DNA of 32,000 nucleotides from Erysipelotrichaceae bacterium (lineage in GTDB: Bacteria; Bacillota_I; Bacilli_A; Erysipelotrichales; Coprobacillaceae). The notes under the pieces are model-generated. The model was not told the origin of the DNA and did not search any database. It saw nothing but the letters and a program-made list of their open reading frames with translations. The stretch spans positions 30,001 through 62,000 of the forward strand of contig JAQVDW010000004.1 of NCBI GenBank assembly GCA_028698185.1, written 5' to 3'. Shown one piece after another: positions 1 through 9,317 of this stretch; the stretch's first letter is position 1, and the number at the start of each line of letters is the position of its first letter. The translations under genes were made by a program, and so were the position numbers.

Positions 1-1
1 C

Positions 2-202
2 AAGGACAAAGACCTTAGCGATTCAATCCTGGCATCCGATGCCTTCTTCCCTTTTAGCGACTCTGTTGACGCGGCTTACAAGGCAGGGGTACGCGCAGTC
101 GTGCAACCAGGCGGTTCAATCAAGGACCAGGATACCATTGATTACTGTGATGAAGTGAAAATTCCAATGTGCTTTACTGGAATCCGTCATTTCAGACACT
201 AG
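2..202 (+). CDS. purH: 3' end of bifunctional AICAR transformylase / IMP cyclohydrolase (partial; start is upstream of the window)
   Basis: Frame 2 is open from the window edge to TAG at 200-202. It reads ...[56 protein letters not shown], a typical PurH C-terminus. purD follows, as in pur operons. Confidence 0.85.
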   Translation, partial: KDKDLSDSILASDAFFPFSDSVDAAYKAGVRAVVQPGGSIKDQDTIDYCDEVKIPMCFTGIRHFRH

Positions 203-210
203 GAGGCCAA

Positions 211-1458
211 ATGAAAGTACTAGTAGTCGGAAGCGGTGGCCGTGAACATGCCATCTGTTACAAACTGAACCAATCAGCTGATGTTGAAAAAATATATGCG
301 ATCCCGGGAAATCCGGGAATCGCCCAGCTTGCCACTTGCGTGGCTGGAAGCGTCGAAGATATCGATGCGATCGTTTCCTTTGTCAAGGAGAACGCGATCG
401 ACCTGACTGTCGTGGGACCGGAAGTGCCTTTGTGCCTGGGTCTTGTCGATGCGATCGAAGATGCCGGTTATCTGGCATTCGGTCCTAAAAAAGCGGCAGC
501 AGCCCTTGAAGGATCAAAAGCCTTCTCGAAAGATTTCATGGTGCGCCATGGCATCAAGACAGCCAAATATGTGGAAGTCGACACAATCGAGGAAGCCAAG
601 GCAGCTTTGGCTGGCTTCTGTTATCCGGTGGTGATCAAAGCCGACGGTTTGGCAGCTGGCAAAGGCGTTATCATCTGCGAAGATGAAAAAATGGCAAACG
701 AAGCCCTTGAGGACCTTATGGTAACCAAGACATTGTCGGACGCCGGAGACAAGGTGGTAATCGAAGAGTTCCTGAAAGGATTCGAATGTTCATTGCTTTG
801 CTTTGTCGACAACGACACTATCCTGCCGATGGTTTCGGTCAAAGACCACAAACAGATCGGTGAGGGCAATACCGGTCTTAATACCGGAGGGATGGGAACT
901 GTCAGCCCGAATCCGTTCCTGCCTGCTGCCATCGAAGCCCGCTTCGAACAGGAGATTCTCGACAAATTCATGGCGGGAATCAAGGCCGACAATCTTGACT
1001 ACCGCGGAATCGTCTTTATCGGCCTGATGATTGATGGAGAAGAGATCAACGTATTGGAATTCAATGTCCGTTTCGGAGATCCGGAAACCCAATCGATTTT
1101 GTTACGTCTTGAATCTGATCTGGCCCAAGTGATGAAAGCCTGTGCGACCAACACTCTTGCCACACAGAAACTCGTTTGGAGCGACAAGACAGCGGTGACC
1201 CTGGTTCTTTCAGCACCGGGATATCCAGGAAACTATCCAAAAGGATCGAAGATTTCCAACCTTGACCAATGCGAATGCGTTGTTTTCCATGCCGGAACCA
1301 AGGAAGTTGACGGGGATATTGTGACCAATGGAGGCCGGGTGTTGAATATCTGCGCTTTAGGTGATGACCTCGAAGATGCCCGGGCTAAAGTATACAAAGA
1401 TGCTCAGGTGATTCATTTTGATGGAATGTACTATCGTAAGGATATTGGCTTAATTTAG
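211..1458 (+). CDS. purD: phosphoribosylamine--glycine ligase (GAR synthetase)
   Basis: ATG at 211 lies 5 nt after AGGAGG (201-206). The N-terminus is MKVLVVGSGGREHAI and the body is ATP-grasp. The ORF-track start at 169 is a GTG inside purH and is not used. Confidence 0.95.
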   Translation: MKVLVVGSGGREHAICYKLNQSADVEKIYAIPGNPGIAQLATCVAGSVEDIDAIVSFVKENAIDLTVVGPEVPLCLGLVDAIEDAGYLAFGPKKAAAALEGSKAFSKDFMVRHGIKTAKYVEVDTIEEAKAALAGFCYPVVIKADGLAAGKGVIICEDEKMANEALEDLMVTKTLSDAGDKVVIEEFLKGFECSLLCFVDNDTILPMVSVKDHKQIGEGNTGLNTGGMGTVSPNPFLPAAIEARFEQEILDKFMAGIKADNLDYRGIVFIGLMIDGEEINVLEFNVRFGDPETQSILLRLESDLAQVMKACATNTLATQKLVWSDKTAVTLVLSAPGYPGNYPKGSKISNLDQCECVVFHAGTKEVDGDIVTNGGRVLNICALGDDLEDARAKVYKDAQVIHFDGMYYRKDIGLI

Positions 1459-1467
1459 GAGGGTAAT

Positions 1468-4400
1468 ATGAGCGTCAATCGAATTTATGTTGAGAAAAAA
1501 CCGGGTTTTCGATCTCAGGCCAACAGCTTGAAAGAAGACCTGAATGAACAGTTAAAATTGAATATTAAAGATCTTAGAATCGTCAATTGTTATGACGTTA
1601 CCGGAGTGGATGAAGCCGTTCTTGAAGAAGGGTTGAAAACAATCCTGTCGGAACCGATGGTTGATGACACTTACCAGGAAACATTCCCGATCAAGGCCAA
1701 TGAGCTTGTTTTCGGGGTTGAACCGCTGCCAGGTCAATATGACCAACGTGCCGATTCATGCAAGCAGTGTTTTCAGATTTTGACCGGGGAAGACAAGGTC
1801 AATGTCAAAACAGCTATTTTCTACTGTGCGGAATTGGAAACTGCCAACGACAACGCATTGGAAAGCATGAAAAAATACATCATCAATCCGGTTGATTCAC
1901 GGGAATGCACGACTGAAAAACCGGCTTCTTTGGAAATGGAAGAAGTAGTGGTTGAGGATGTTCCAGTTTTCACTGGCTTCAATGAATTGGATGACGCCGG
2001 ATTACAAGCCTTCCTTGAAGATTATTCTTTGGCAATGTCGTTGGATGACCTTAAAGTCACCCAGACATACTTCAAAACCGAAGAAAACCGCGATCCCACT
2101 GAAACAGAAATCCGCGTGTTGGACACCTACTGGTCTGACCACTGCCGTCATACAACTTTCGCGACAGTGATTGAAAATGTCGAGTTCGCAGATGGGCCGA
2201 TGAAAGCTGTCTACCAGAAAGATTACCAGGATTACATCGCCAGCCGCCATCTGGTGTATGGAATCGATACGAAACGTCCGATCACGATGATGGATTTGGC
2301 GACAATTTCAATGAAGGAATTGCGCAAAGCCGGATATCTTGACGATCTTGAAGTTTCTGAAGAAATCAATGCCTGCTCGGTTGAAGTCGACATCAATGTC
2401 GAAGGTCAGACTGAACGCTGGTTGCTCATGTTCAAGAATGAGACCCACAACCATCCAACTGAAATCGAACCGTTCGGTGGAGCGGCGACTTGTCTGGGGG
2501 GAGCGATCCGCGATCCGCTTTCAGGACGTGCCTATGTCTACCAATCAATGCGGATCACCGGAGCTAGCGATCCTCGCGTGAGCCTGGAAGACACGATTCC
2601 TGGGAAACTGATGCAACGCAAGATCTGTCAGGAAGCTGCCCATGGTTTCTCTTCTTACGGTAACCAGATCGGTCTGGCAACCGGATATGTCCATGAACTT
2701 TACCATCCTGGTTATCAGGCAAAACGGATGGAGCTGGGTGCCGTTGTGGCAGCCGCGCCAAAAGAACAGGTAAAACGTCTGATTCCTCAAAAAGACCAGA
2801 TTGTCCTGCTTTTAGGCGGACGTACCGGTCGTGATGGAATCGGCGGGGCAACCGGTTCATCTAAATCCCATGATGTGAAATCGATCGAAACAGCTGGAGC
2901 TGAAGTCCAAAAAGGGAATCCGGTCGAGGAAAGAAAGATCCAACGACTTTTCAGAAACATGGAATTCTCTAAACGCATCGTGCGTTGCAACGATTTCGGT
3001 GCCGGTGGGGTCTGCGTGGCTGTTGGCGAACTCGCTGATGGTCTTGACATCAACCTTGATGCCGTTTTGAAGAAATATGAAGGCTTGAACGGTACGGAAA
3101 TCGCCATTTCCGAATCGCAAGAGCGGATGGCTATCGTCATCAACAAGGAAGATGAGGCTTTCTGTCGCCAGGCGTGTGCCGATGAGAACCTTGAAGTTGT
3201 CCAAGTGGCGACAATCACCGACAAGAACCGTCTGACCATGGTTTACCGCGGCCAGACAATCGTCGATATCTCTAGGGAATTCCTTGACGGTTCGGGAGCG
3301 AGCCGCTACCAGGATGTAACCCTGACTTCTCCGGATTTTTCAACTTTGCCTTTTAGCGAAGGGGAAACCGAAGATTTCGAAAAATCGGTAGAGGAAGTCC
3401 TTACCCGTCTTTCGACCGCTTCCCAAAAAGGTCTGATCGAACGTTTCGACTCGACCATCGGGAACAACACCGTGCTTTCACCTTTCGGGGGCCGCAAATA
3501 CCACAGCGAAACCGAAGGGATGGCAGCCTTGATTCCGGTATTGAACAAGGAAACCACAAGCGCATCATTGATGACCTATGGTTACAATCCTTTCATCGCT
3601 TCTTGGTCACCTTACCATGGTGCGATGTATGCCGTAGTGGAATCGGTGGCGAAAATCGTGGCAATGGGTGGCGACTATCATAAAATCCGCTTCTCATTCC
3701 AGGAATACTTCGAAAAACTTCTTGACGACAAAGTCAAATGGGGTAAACCATTTGGCGCCCTGCTTGGTGCTTACCGGGCCCAAAAGGAACTTAACCTTGC
3801 GGCAATCGGAGGGAAAGACAGTATGTCAGGTACCTTCGAGGACATTTCGGTGCCGCCGACATTCGTATCGTTTGCGGTTGCGCTTGAAGAAGTTGACAAC
3901 ATCATCACTCCGGAAATCGACGATTATGGAAACCAGCTTGCGGAAATCATCGTTCCTCGTGACGAAAACCATATCTTCGACTTCGAAGTGCTAAAAGACA
4001 CATATGACAAGCTTACTGCCCTGATCCGCGAAGGGAAAATCATGGCGGCCTACACTGTCAAAGACGGCGGGGTCCTTGAAGCGGTGGCAAAAATGGCATT
4101 TGGTAACGGGATCGGGGTAGCATTCAACCCGGACTACGAACTTGCCACATACCTTAACAAGGATTATGGAAACATCGTGGTCGAAATCGAATCCGAAAGC
4201 GATCTAAAAGAAATTCAAAACTACCGGATCGTGGCCGCTACCATCAACTCGCCAGTCCTTTCATACAAAGGAGCGAAGGTTGATCTTGACGAGGCTTATG
4301 CATTGAACAAATCGGTTCTTGAAAAAGTTTATCCGACCCGTAAACCGGCTCCGACCAACGACATCAAGATCGCCAATTGCAAGACCCGTTCTACCTTGAG

Positions 4401-5223
4401 CCCGAAAGCCAAAGTGGAAAAGCCGCTGGTTGTCATTCCGGTATTCCCGGGAACAAACTGCGAATGGGACAGCCAAAGAGCGTTCCTGAAAGCCGGAGCT
4501 GATGTTGAACTGGTGCAAATCCGCAACCTGACTTCAGCTATGCTTTCTGACTCGATTGACGCTTTGGAAGCCGCAATCAAAAAAGCGAACATTGTCATGC
4601 TTCCAGGTGGATTCTCGGCTGGTGACGAACCTGAAGGTTCGGCTAAATTCATCGCCACATTCCTGCGCAATCCGAAATTGAAAGCCGCATTGGAAGACCT
4701 GCTCAACAACCGTGACGGTCTGATGATCGGTATCTGCAACGGATTCCAGGCTTTGGTCAAACTTGGATTGTTGCCTTATGGCCAAATCAAGGAAATGGAC
4801 GCCAACGATCCTACCTTGACTTTCAACACCCTGAACCGCCACGTATCGCAATTCGTCGATACCCGCATCGGTTCAGTCAACTCACCATGGCTTGCCAACG
4901 TCGGTGTCGGGGATGTTCATACAATCCCGGTATCACATGGGGAAGGACGCTTTGTAGCCAACGAGAAAGTCATCGAAGAGTTGTTCAAGAACGGACAGGT
5001 ATTCTCGCAATATGTCGACCGCGATTTCAAACCGACAATGGAAACACCATACAATCCTAACGGATCAATGGCGGCGATTGAAGGTCTGATTTCCAAAGAC
5101 GGCCGGATCATCGGTAAGATGGGGCACAGCGAACGTCAAGGCGACAACCGTTATAAAAACATTTATGGCCGTTTCGATCAGATGTTGTTCGAAGCCGGTG
5201 TAAATTATTTCAAAAAAGGATAG
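1468..5223 (+). CDS. purL: phosphoribosylformylglycinamidine synthase, single-chain large form (synthetase plus C-terminal glutaminase)
   Basis: 1251-aa ORF preceded by AGGAGGG (1457-1463). The C-terminal amidotransferase motifs GICNGFQ and GHSER are present. The pur operon context fits. Confidence 0.95.
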   Translation: MSVNRIYVEKKPGFRSQANSLKEDLNEQLKLNIKDLRIVNCYDVTGVDEAVLEEGLKTILSEPMVDDTYQETFPIKANELVFGVEPLPGQYDQRADSCKQCFQILTGEDKVNVKTAIFYCAELETANDNALESMKKYIINPVDSRECTTEKPASLEMEEVVVEDVPVFTGFNELDDAGLQAFLEDYSLAMSLDDLKVTQTYFKTEENRDPTETEIRVLDTYWSDHCRHTTFATVIENVEFADGPMKAVYQKDYQDYIASRHLVYGIDTKRPITMMDLATISMKELRKAGYLDDLEVSEEINACSVEVDINVEGQTERWLLMFKNETHNHPTEIEPFGGAATCLGGAIRDPLSGRAYVYQSMRITGASDPRVSLEDTIPGKLMQRKICQEAAHGFSSYGNQIGLATGYVHELYHPGYQAKRMELGAVVAAAPKEQVKRLIPQKDQIVLLLGGRTGRDGIGGATGSSKSHDVKSIETAGAEVQKGNPVEERKIQRLFRNMEFSKRIVRCNDFGAGGVCVAVGELADGLDINLDAVLKKYEGLNGTEIAISESQERMAIVINKEDEAFCRQACADENLEVVQVATITDKNRLTMVYRGQTIVDISREFLDGSGASRYQDVTLTSPDFSTLPFSEGETEDFEKSVEEVLTRLSTASQKGLIERFDSTIGNNTVLSPFGGRKYHSETEGMAALIPVLNKETTSASLMTYGYNPFIASWSPYHGAMYAVVESVAKIVAMGGDYHKIRFSFQEYFEKLLDDKVKWGKPFGALLGAYRAQKELNLAAIGGKDSMSGTFEDISVPPTFVSFAVALEEVDNIITPEIDDYGNQLAEIIVPRDENHIFDFEVLKDTYDKLTALIREGKIMAAYTVKDGGVLEAVAKMAFGNGIGVAFNPDYELATYLNKDYGNIVVEIESESDLKEIQNYRIVAATINSPVLSYKGAKVDLDEAYALNKSVLEKVYPTRKPAPTNDIKIANCKTRSTLSPKAKVEKPLVVIPVFPGTNCEWDSQRAFLKAGADVELVQIRNLTSAMLSDSIDALEAAIKKANIVMLPGGFSAGDEPEGSAKFIATFLRNPKLKAALEDLLNNRDGLMIGICNGFQALVKLGLLPYGQIKEMDANDPTLTFNTLNRHVSQFVDTRIGSVNSPWLANVGVGDVHTIPVSHGEGRFVANEKVIEELFKNGQVFSQYVDRDFKPTMETPYNPNGSMAAIEGLISKDGRIIGKMGHSERQGDNRYKNIYGRFDQMLFEAGVNYFKKG

Positions 5224-5232
5224 GAGACTTAC

Positions 5233-6528
5233 ATGTTAGATAGATATTCACGTGAAGTGATGCGCAATATTTGGAGTGAACAAAGCAAGTTTGATGCCTG
5301 GTTGAAGGTTGAAATCCTGGCGTGTGAAGCTTGGTCTTCTTTAGGGGAAATCCCTGAAGAAGATGTCAAGGCTTTATGGGCCAACGCTTCTTTCGATATT
5401 GACCGCATTTATGAGATTGAACAGGAAACCCGTCATGATGTCGTGGCTTTCACCCGTGCCGTATCGGAAACTTGCGGACCGGAAAAGAAATGGGTCCACT
5501 ATGGTCTGACTTCGACTGACGTTGTCGACACTGCCTATGGTTACCTTTACAAACAGGCAAACGTGATCCTGCGCGAAGACCTGAAGACATTCATGGAAAC
5601 GCTGCGCACCCAAGCTCTTAAATACAAGGATACCGTGTGTATGGGCCGGACCCATGGAGTTCATGCCGAAATCACAACTTTCGGTTTGAAATTCGCTCTA
5701 TGGTACGAAGAAATGAAACGGAATATGGATCGTTTCGAAGCTGCCTGTGCGGCTGTTGAAGCGGGGAAAATTTCCGGAGCTGTCGGTACTTTCGCCAACA
5801 CGCCTCCTCAAGTCCAAGACTATGTCTGCGACAAACTGGGAATCAACTCATCAGCGATTTCGACTCAGACTTTGCAACGTGACCGTCATGCCCAATACTT
5901 CTCGACATTGGCTCTGATCGGTTCGTCACTTGAAAAAATGGCTACGGAAATCCGTCACTTGCAAAGAACCGAAGTCCGTGAAGTTGAGGAATATTTCCGA
6001 AAAGGACAAAAAGGTTCTTCAGCGATGCCTCACAAACGCAATCCGATCTCTTCGGAAAACATCTGCGGATGTGCCCGGGTGTTGCGTGGTTACATGCTTA
6101 CATCATATGATAACATCCCTTTATGGCATGAACGCGACATTTCCCACTCTTCAGCGGAACGTCTGATCGCCCCTGATGCGACAGCCTTGCTTGATTACAT
6201 GCTTGTCCGTTTCAACGGAATCCTCGCCAACCTGACGGTTTTCGAAGACAACATGCTTGAAAACATCAACAAGACATATGGTGTTATCTTCTCGCAACGT
6301 TTCATGTTGAAACTGATCGAAAAAGGATGGACCCGTGAGCAGGCTTATGACACGGTTCAGCCAAACGCGATCAAATCATGGGAAAACAAGATTTCATTCA
6401 AGTCATTGATGGAAGACACCCAAAAAGTTCGTGAAACCTTGACCCAGGAAGAAATCGATGATTGCTTCAATCCTGCATACCAGGTCAAAAACGTCGACGT
6501 CATCTTCAAAAGAGTCGGTTTGTTATAA
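5233..6528 (+). CDS. purB: adenylosuccinate lyase
   Basis: 431 aa with the fumarate-lyase family signature [11 protein letters not shown]. An AGGAG RBS is present and the gene follows purL. Confidence 0.95.
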   Translation: MLDRYSREVMRNIWSEQSKFDAWLKVEILACEAWSSLGEIPEEDVKALWANASFDIDRIYEIEQETRHDVVAFTRAVSETCGPEKKWVHYGLTSTDVVDTAYGYLYKQANVILREDLKTFMETLRTQALKYKDTVCMGRTHGVHAEITTFGLKFALWYEEMKRNMDRFEAACAAVEAGKISGAVGTFANTPPQVQDYVCDKLGINSSAISTQTLQRDRHAQYFSTLALIGSSLEKMATEIRHLQRTEVREVEEYFRKGQKGSSAMPHKRNPISSENICGCARVLRGYMLTSYDNIPLWHERDISHSSAERLIAPDATALLDYMLVRFNGILANLTVFEDNMLENINKTYGVIFSQRFMLKLIEKGWTREQAYDTVQPNAIKSWENKISFKSLMEDTQKVRETLTQEEIDDCFNPAYQVKNVDVIFKRVGLL

Positions 6529-6533
6529 TAATG

Positions 6534-6564
6534 AACTCTGTCTGTTTATCAGGCGGAGTTTTTT
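6534..6564 (+). repeat. direct repeat, left copy (DR-L)
   Basis: aactctgtctgtttatcaggcggagtttttt matches 9415-9445 at 25 of 31 positions, including 9 of 13 loop bases. Confidence 0.8.
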
Positions 6565-6566
6565 CT
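6534..6566 (+). terminator. intrinsic terminator of purB (also the left copy of the islet-flanking direct repeat)
   Basis: Stem aactctg (6534-6540) pairs with cggagtt (6554-6560), including one G-U pair. The loop is 13 nt and a T-run follows. Confidence 0.7.
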
Positions 6567-6600
6567 TTCTCTCCATATTTTTGAAAGTTACTTCCTGTGA

Positions 6601-6660
6601 ACTTGAAATAAGGAATTTGATTTCGTTTCCATATTTCAAGTTGAGGGATAAAAACGAAAT
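6601..6660 (+). other. two interleaved perfect stems (pseudoknot-like or mutually exclusive hairpins)
   Basis: acttgaaata (6601-6610) pairs with tatttcaagt (6632-6641). atttcgttt (6620-6628) pairs with aaacgaaat (6652-6660). The 5' arm of the second stem lies in the loop of the first. Confidence 0.5.
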
Positions 6661-6856
6661 AATCTTAGTTCATTTGGACTTTCTAACCATATAACAGATT
6701 TGGTATTCTAACTGGGCATTCAATACTAAACGCTTTTGTTTTAATTATTCGCCTTTTTTAAATCATCTTGAGTGATTGAGGTATTATCATATACTTTTAT
6801 TTTTGGTTTCTAAGGTCCAGTGTAGGAATAAAATTGCGGATTCATCTTGGTCCACT

Positions 6857-7114
6857 TCACCTAGTCCTGAACTTTCTTGCAAAATGCAGTTGTGATAATG
6901 TCAACAAATGTTGACCTCCAACTGTAATCTCATTCTTACTCGCAATTGATCGCAAAATCAACTCAGAAAGAGACCATGACAGCATTTTTTTATGAAGCTG
7001 ATGCCTAAAATTTTGATCAGTGTCAGAAGCTAGGATTGGCAGGTCTGGTGAGAATAATTTACGTAATTGTACTCTCAACTGGTCAGGATTCCAGGTTCGA
7101 AAAATTGCGGCTAA
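6857..7114 (-). pseudogene. possible gene remnant (about 85 open codons, no recognisable family)
   Basis: The frame is open from the TGA at 7115-7117 down to the stop at 6857-6859. The only start is a TTG with no RBS. Short open stretches in other frames adjoin it across an A8 tract (7117-7124). Confidence 0.25.
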
Positions 7115-7481
7115 TCAAAAAAAACAGCAAGGGCATCATGGACAACAACATCAAAAGGAATTATATTTTTGGAATTTACTATCTATTGAGTACTGATAGT
7201 ACAAATACCTATAACGACTTGATAGAATGCATCAACTTACGGAATTAAAAGGTTGATAAAAAGATAAAGCGTCATTGATTATAGTGGATATATATCATAA
7301 GCGGCTACGGCCAAAATAATATACTATTATAAATTGGCGCGAAGTCCATATTAATGATATCTAGCGTTTTGGATTTATCTGAACCTTGTTTTTAAGGTGT
7401 CTTAAGCATGTCGTCATTCAAATTTTTATTTGAAATTATTTTTTAAATGGAACAAAAGTATCAATAATGATAAATTACTCA

Positions 7482-7509
7482 TTGACTTTCAAAAAGATTA
7501 CTTTATAAT
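7482..7509 (+). promoter_or_regulatory. sigma-A type promoter of the islet operon
   Basis: TTGACT (7482-7487), a 16-nt spacer, then TATAAT (7504-7509). Confidence 0.6.
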
Positions 7510-7548
7510 ATGAAGTGGATAGTCACTTCATATTATAAAGTGACTATC
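7504..7548 (+). promoter_or_regulatory. two overlapping perfect palindromes across the -10 box and transcript start (candidate operator and/or 5' stem-loop)
   Basis: tataatatgaagtg (7504-7517) pairs with cacttcatattata (7524-7537). gatagtcactt (7518-7528) pairs with aagtgactatc (7538-7548). The two pairings share bases. Confidence 0.55.
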
Positions 7549-7590
7549 AGGGTTGCTACTAGTAGTGAAATATTTTGTGGAGGAGATATT

Positions 7591-8268
7591 ATGAATGAAG
7601 ATATTCAAAGTGCCATGAATCAAATAAAATTGATCAATAATTCTATTGAAAAAGCAAAGAACAAGGGCAATATTATAGGGAAAATGTTTATATATTTTGG
7701 AATAATAAATTTGGTTAATTATATATTATCTATAATATCAAGTCTTTTTATTTCAAGTTTCAGCGAATTTATTTTAATTGGCGTAATCATTAATGCGATC
7801 ATGTTAGCTACACTGTATTTAGAGGTCCGCAAAATTTTGAAGACATCAAGATATTCTACAAATATATATTTTTTAGGCTTTCTTAGATTATTTGTCTTTA
7901 TTACATTTTTACTACCGTTGATACTGCTTGCGGCCAGGTTTTTCTTATTTTATTTTACAGATATTGATCCATCGTTGTTCATCGCACAATCTACAAAGAT
8001 AAGAGTATTATCTAACTTGGTATTGTTCTTTTATGCATTGATTAATTTTACAAATCTTTCGAGTCTTAAAAGAAACATTTCTTTAATTGCATTAGCAATA
8101 TTTATGATTTTCGTTTTATATGTGATGGATATTGGTTTGAATTTTAGCTTGAATAATTACGTTGTGTCATATTATTTGTGGTCTATTGTGCTAAATCTAA
8201 TGTTTTCAATTGGTTATGTTATCATAGGAATACGTATAAGACAAAAAGAACTTCAAAATGGAAATTGA
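7591..8268 (+). CDS. polytopic membrane protein, function unknown (about 6 hydrophobic segments after a polar N-terminal helix)
   Basis: ATG at 7591 lies 5 nt after GGAGGAG (7579-7585). The 225-aa product is rich in I/L/F stretches. The ORF-track start at 7510 falls inside the promoter and is rejected. Confidence 0.75.
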   Translation: MNEDIQSAMNQIKLINNSIEKAKNKGNIIGKMFIYFGIINLVNYILSIISSLFISSFSEFILIGVIINAIMLATLYLEVRKILKTSRYSTNIYFLGFLRLFVFITFLLPLILLAARFFLFYFTDIDPSLFIAQSTKIRVLSNLVLFFYALINFTNLSSLKRNISLIALAIFMIFVLYVMDIGLNFSLNNYVVSYYLWSIVLNLMFSIGYVIIGIRIRQKELQNGN

Positions 8269-8554
8269 AGATATACCTCAAGCGCTTACCCTTCCATTAA
8301 GACTAATAATTATTAGTATTTTAATTGGCGCGGCTAAAAATTTTAATGATTTGAAAATTTTATCCAACAGTTCAGACGGCAACTTAAGTGTACAGTTAAA
8401 GAAGTTGGAAACCTGGGGATATGTTTCATCAAGCAAAATAAAACAACAAAATAGAACAGTCACCTATTACAATTTGACAAAATATGGGCAAGAGCAATTT
8501 GAAAATTACGTCAAATTACTTTCACGGATAATAGGTAATGTTGATGATTTTTAA
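8258..8554 (+). CDS. winged-helix transcriptional regulator (HTH_34 / ArsR-PadR-like)
   Basis: 98 aa with LRLIIISIL..FNDLK...SDGNLSVQLKKLETWGYVSS...RTVTYYNLTKYGQEQFENYV, a typical wHTH pattern. It overlaps the upstream membrane gene by 11 nt. Confidence 0.8.
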   Translation: MEIEDIPQALTLPLRLIIISILIGAAKNFNDLKILSNSSDGNLSVQLKKLETWGYVSSSKIKQQNRTVTYYNLTKYGQEQFENYVKLLSRIIGNVDDF

Positions 8555-8688
8555 ATTAATTTACAACAAAACTTTTAAGCAACAAATAGCAATCCAAAAC
8601 AATAAATACTGTACTTTGCAGGAATTATAAGGTTTTGATTTAATTTCTATTTTGTCAAATACTAGGGCATCAGAACACAAAACTTCAT

Positions 8689-9312
8689 ATGAAAGAAGAG
8701 GGGATTATTCTGAAGAAATTATTTAGTATTTTACTCATTGTAACAATAATGTTGAGTTTTAATATGAATGTTTATGCACAGGACAAGATATTGCGAGTTG
8801 ACAATTATGAAGATGCGTTTAATTTAATTATTGAAGAATTCGACGTAGATATGACATATTTACCGGTTGACGAATCGAGAATTTCGCTTAATGATTATAT
8901 CAAAATTACCAGAGAGGTTGCTGAAGAACAAAGAGAATTGTTGGACTACATCGAATTTAGACAATCAAATAATTTTGAATTATTTTCACCGCTGACAATG
9001 AGTATAGATTCAGTAACCGTTACAAAAACAAGAACGAAAGATGCTTGGGGAGATATGGGTACATACTTTGGTATTAAAGCCACATATAATGTAACAGGGA
9101 CGCAAGTAAGTTACTTGAGAAATTCTAGTATATCTTATAAATATGCTACAGTAACTTCAAATGTTTCATTGGGTAATATCAGTAACCCAACGTATTCATA
9201 TCTTGACGGTGGTCGTACTGGGGCTGTTAAATACACTGCTGAAATGTACTATGACTTTTTTTGGAGTGCTGGAAACGTCACCATATATACAGAATTTTAT
9301 TATAGTGAATAA
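8689..9312 (+). CDS. secreted protein, function unknown (Sec signal peptide; helical N-domain and beta-rich Tyr/Thr/Ser-rich C-domain)
   Basis: MKEEGIILKKLFSILLIVTIMLSFNMNVYA/QD has n-, h- and c-regions with a VYA-Q cleavage site. The RBS before the ATG at 8689 is weak, so the start is uncertain. The DR-R hairpin terminates it. Confidence 0.7.
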   Translation: MKEEGIILKKLFSILLIVTIMLSFNMNVYAQDKILRVDNYEDAFNLIIEEFDVDMTYLPVDESRISLNDYIKITREVAEEQRELLDYIEFRQSNNFELFSPLTMSIDSVTVTKTRTKDAWGDMGTYFGIKATYNVTGTQVSYLRNSSISYKYATVTSNVSLGNISNPTYSYLDGGRTGAVKYTAEMYYDFFWSAGNVTIYTEFYYSE

Positions 9313-9317
9313 ATGTA

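Noticed and set aside
169-210. The upstream-extended purD start (GTG at 169). The same kind of extension appears at 7510, 22724, 24898, 25323, 26188 and 29289.
   Set aside because: The extensions overlap the preceding gene or promoter and lack an RBS. In each case an internal ATG with a well-spaced SD gives the conserved N-terminus.
6458-6694. A 78-aa ORF spanning the purB 3' end and terminator.
   Set aside because: It overlaps purB out of frame and runs through the terminator hairpin. It has no RBS.
7036-7248. A 70-aa + strand ORF (TTG start), or the 36-aa MDNNIKRNYIFGIYYLLS... peptide from the ATG at 7138.
   Set aside because: There is no convincing RBS or promoter, the sequence is AT-rich and low-complexity, and the ORF overlaps the minus-strand remnant. 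It cannot be supported from sequence alone.
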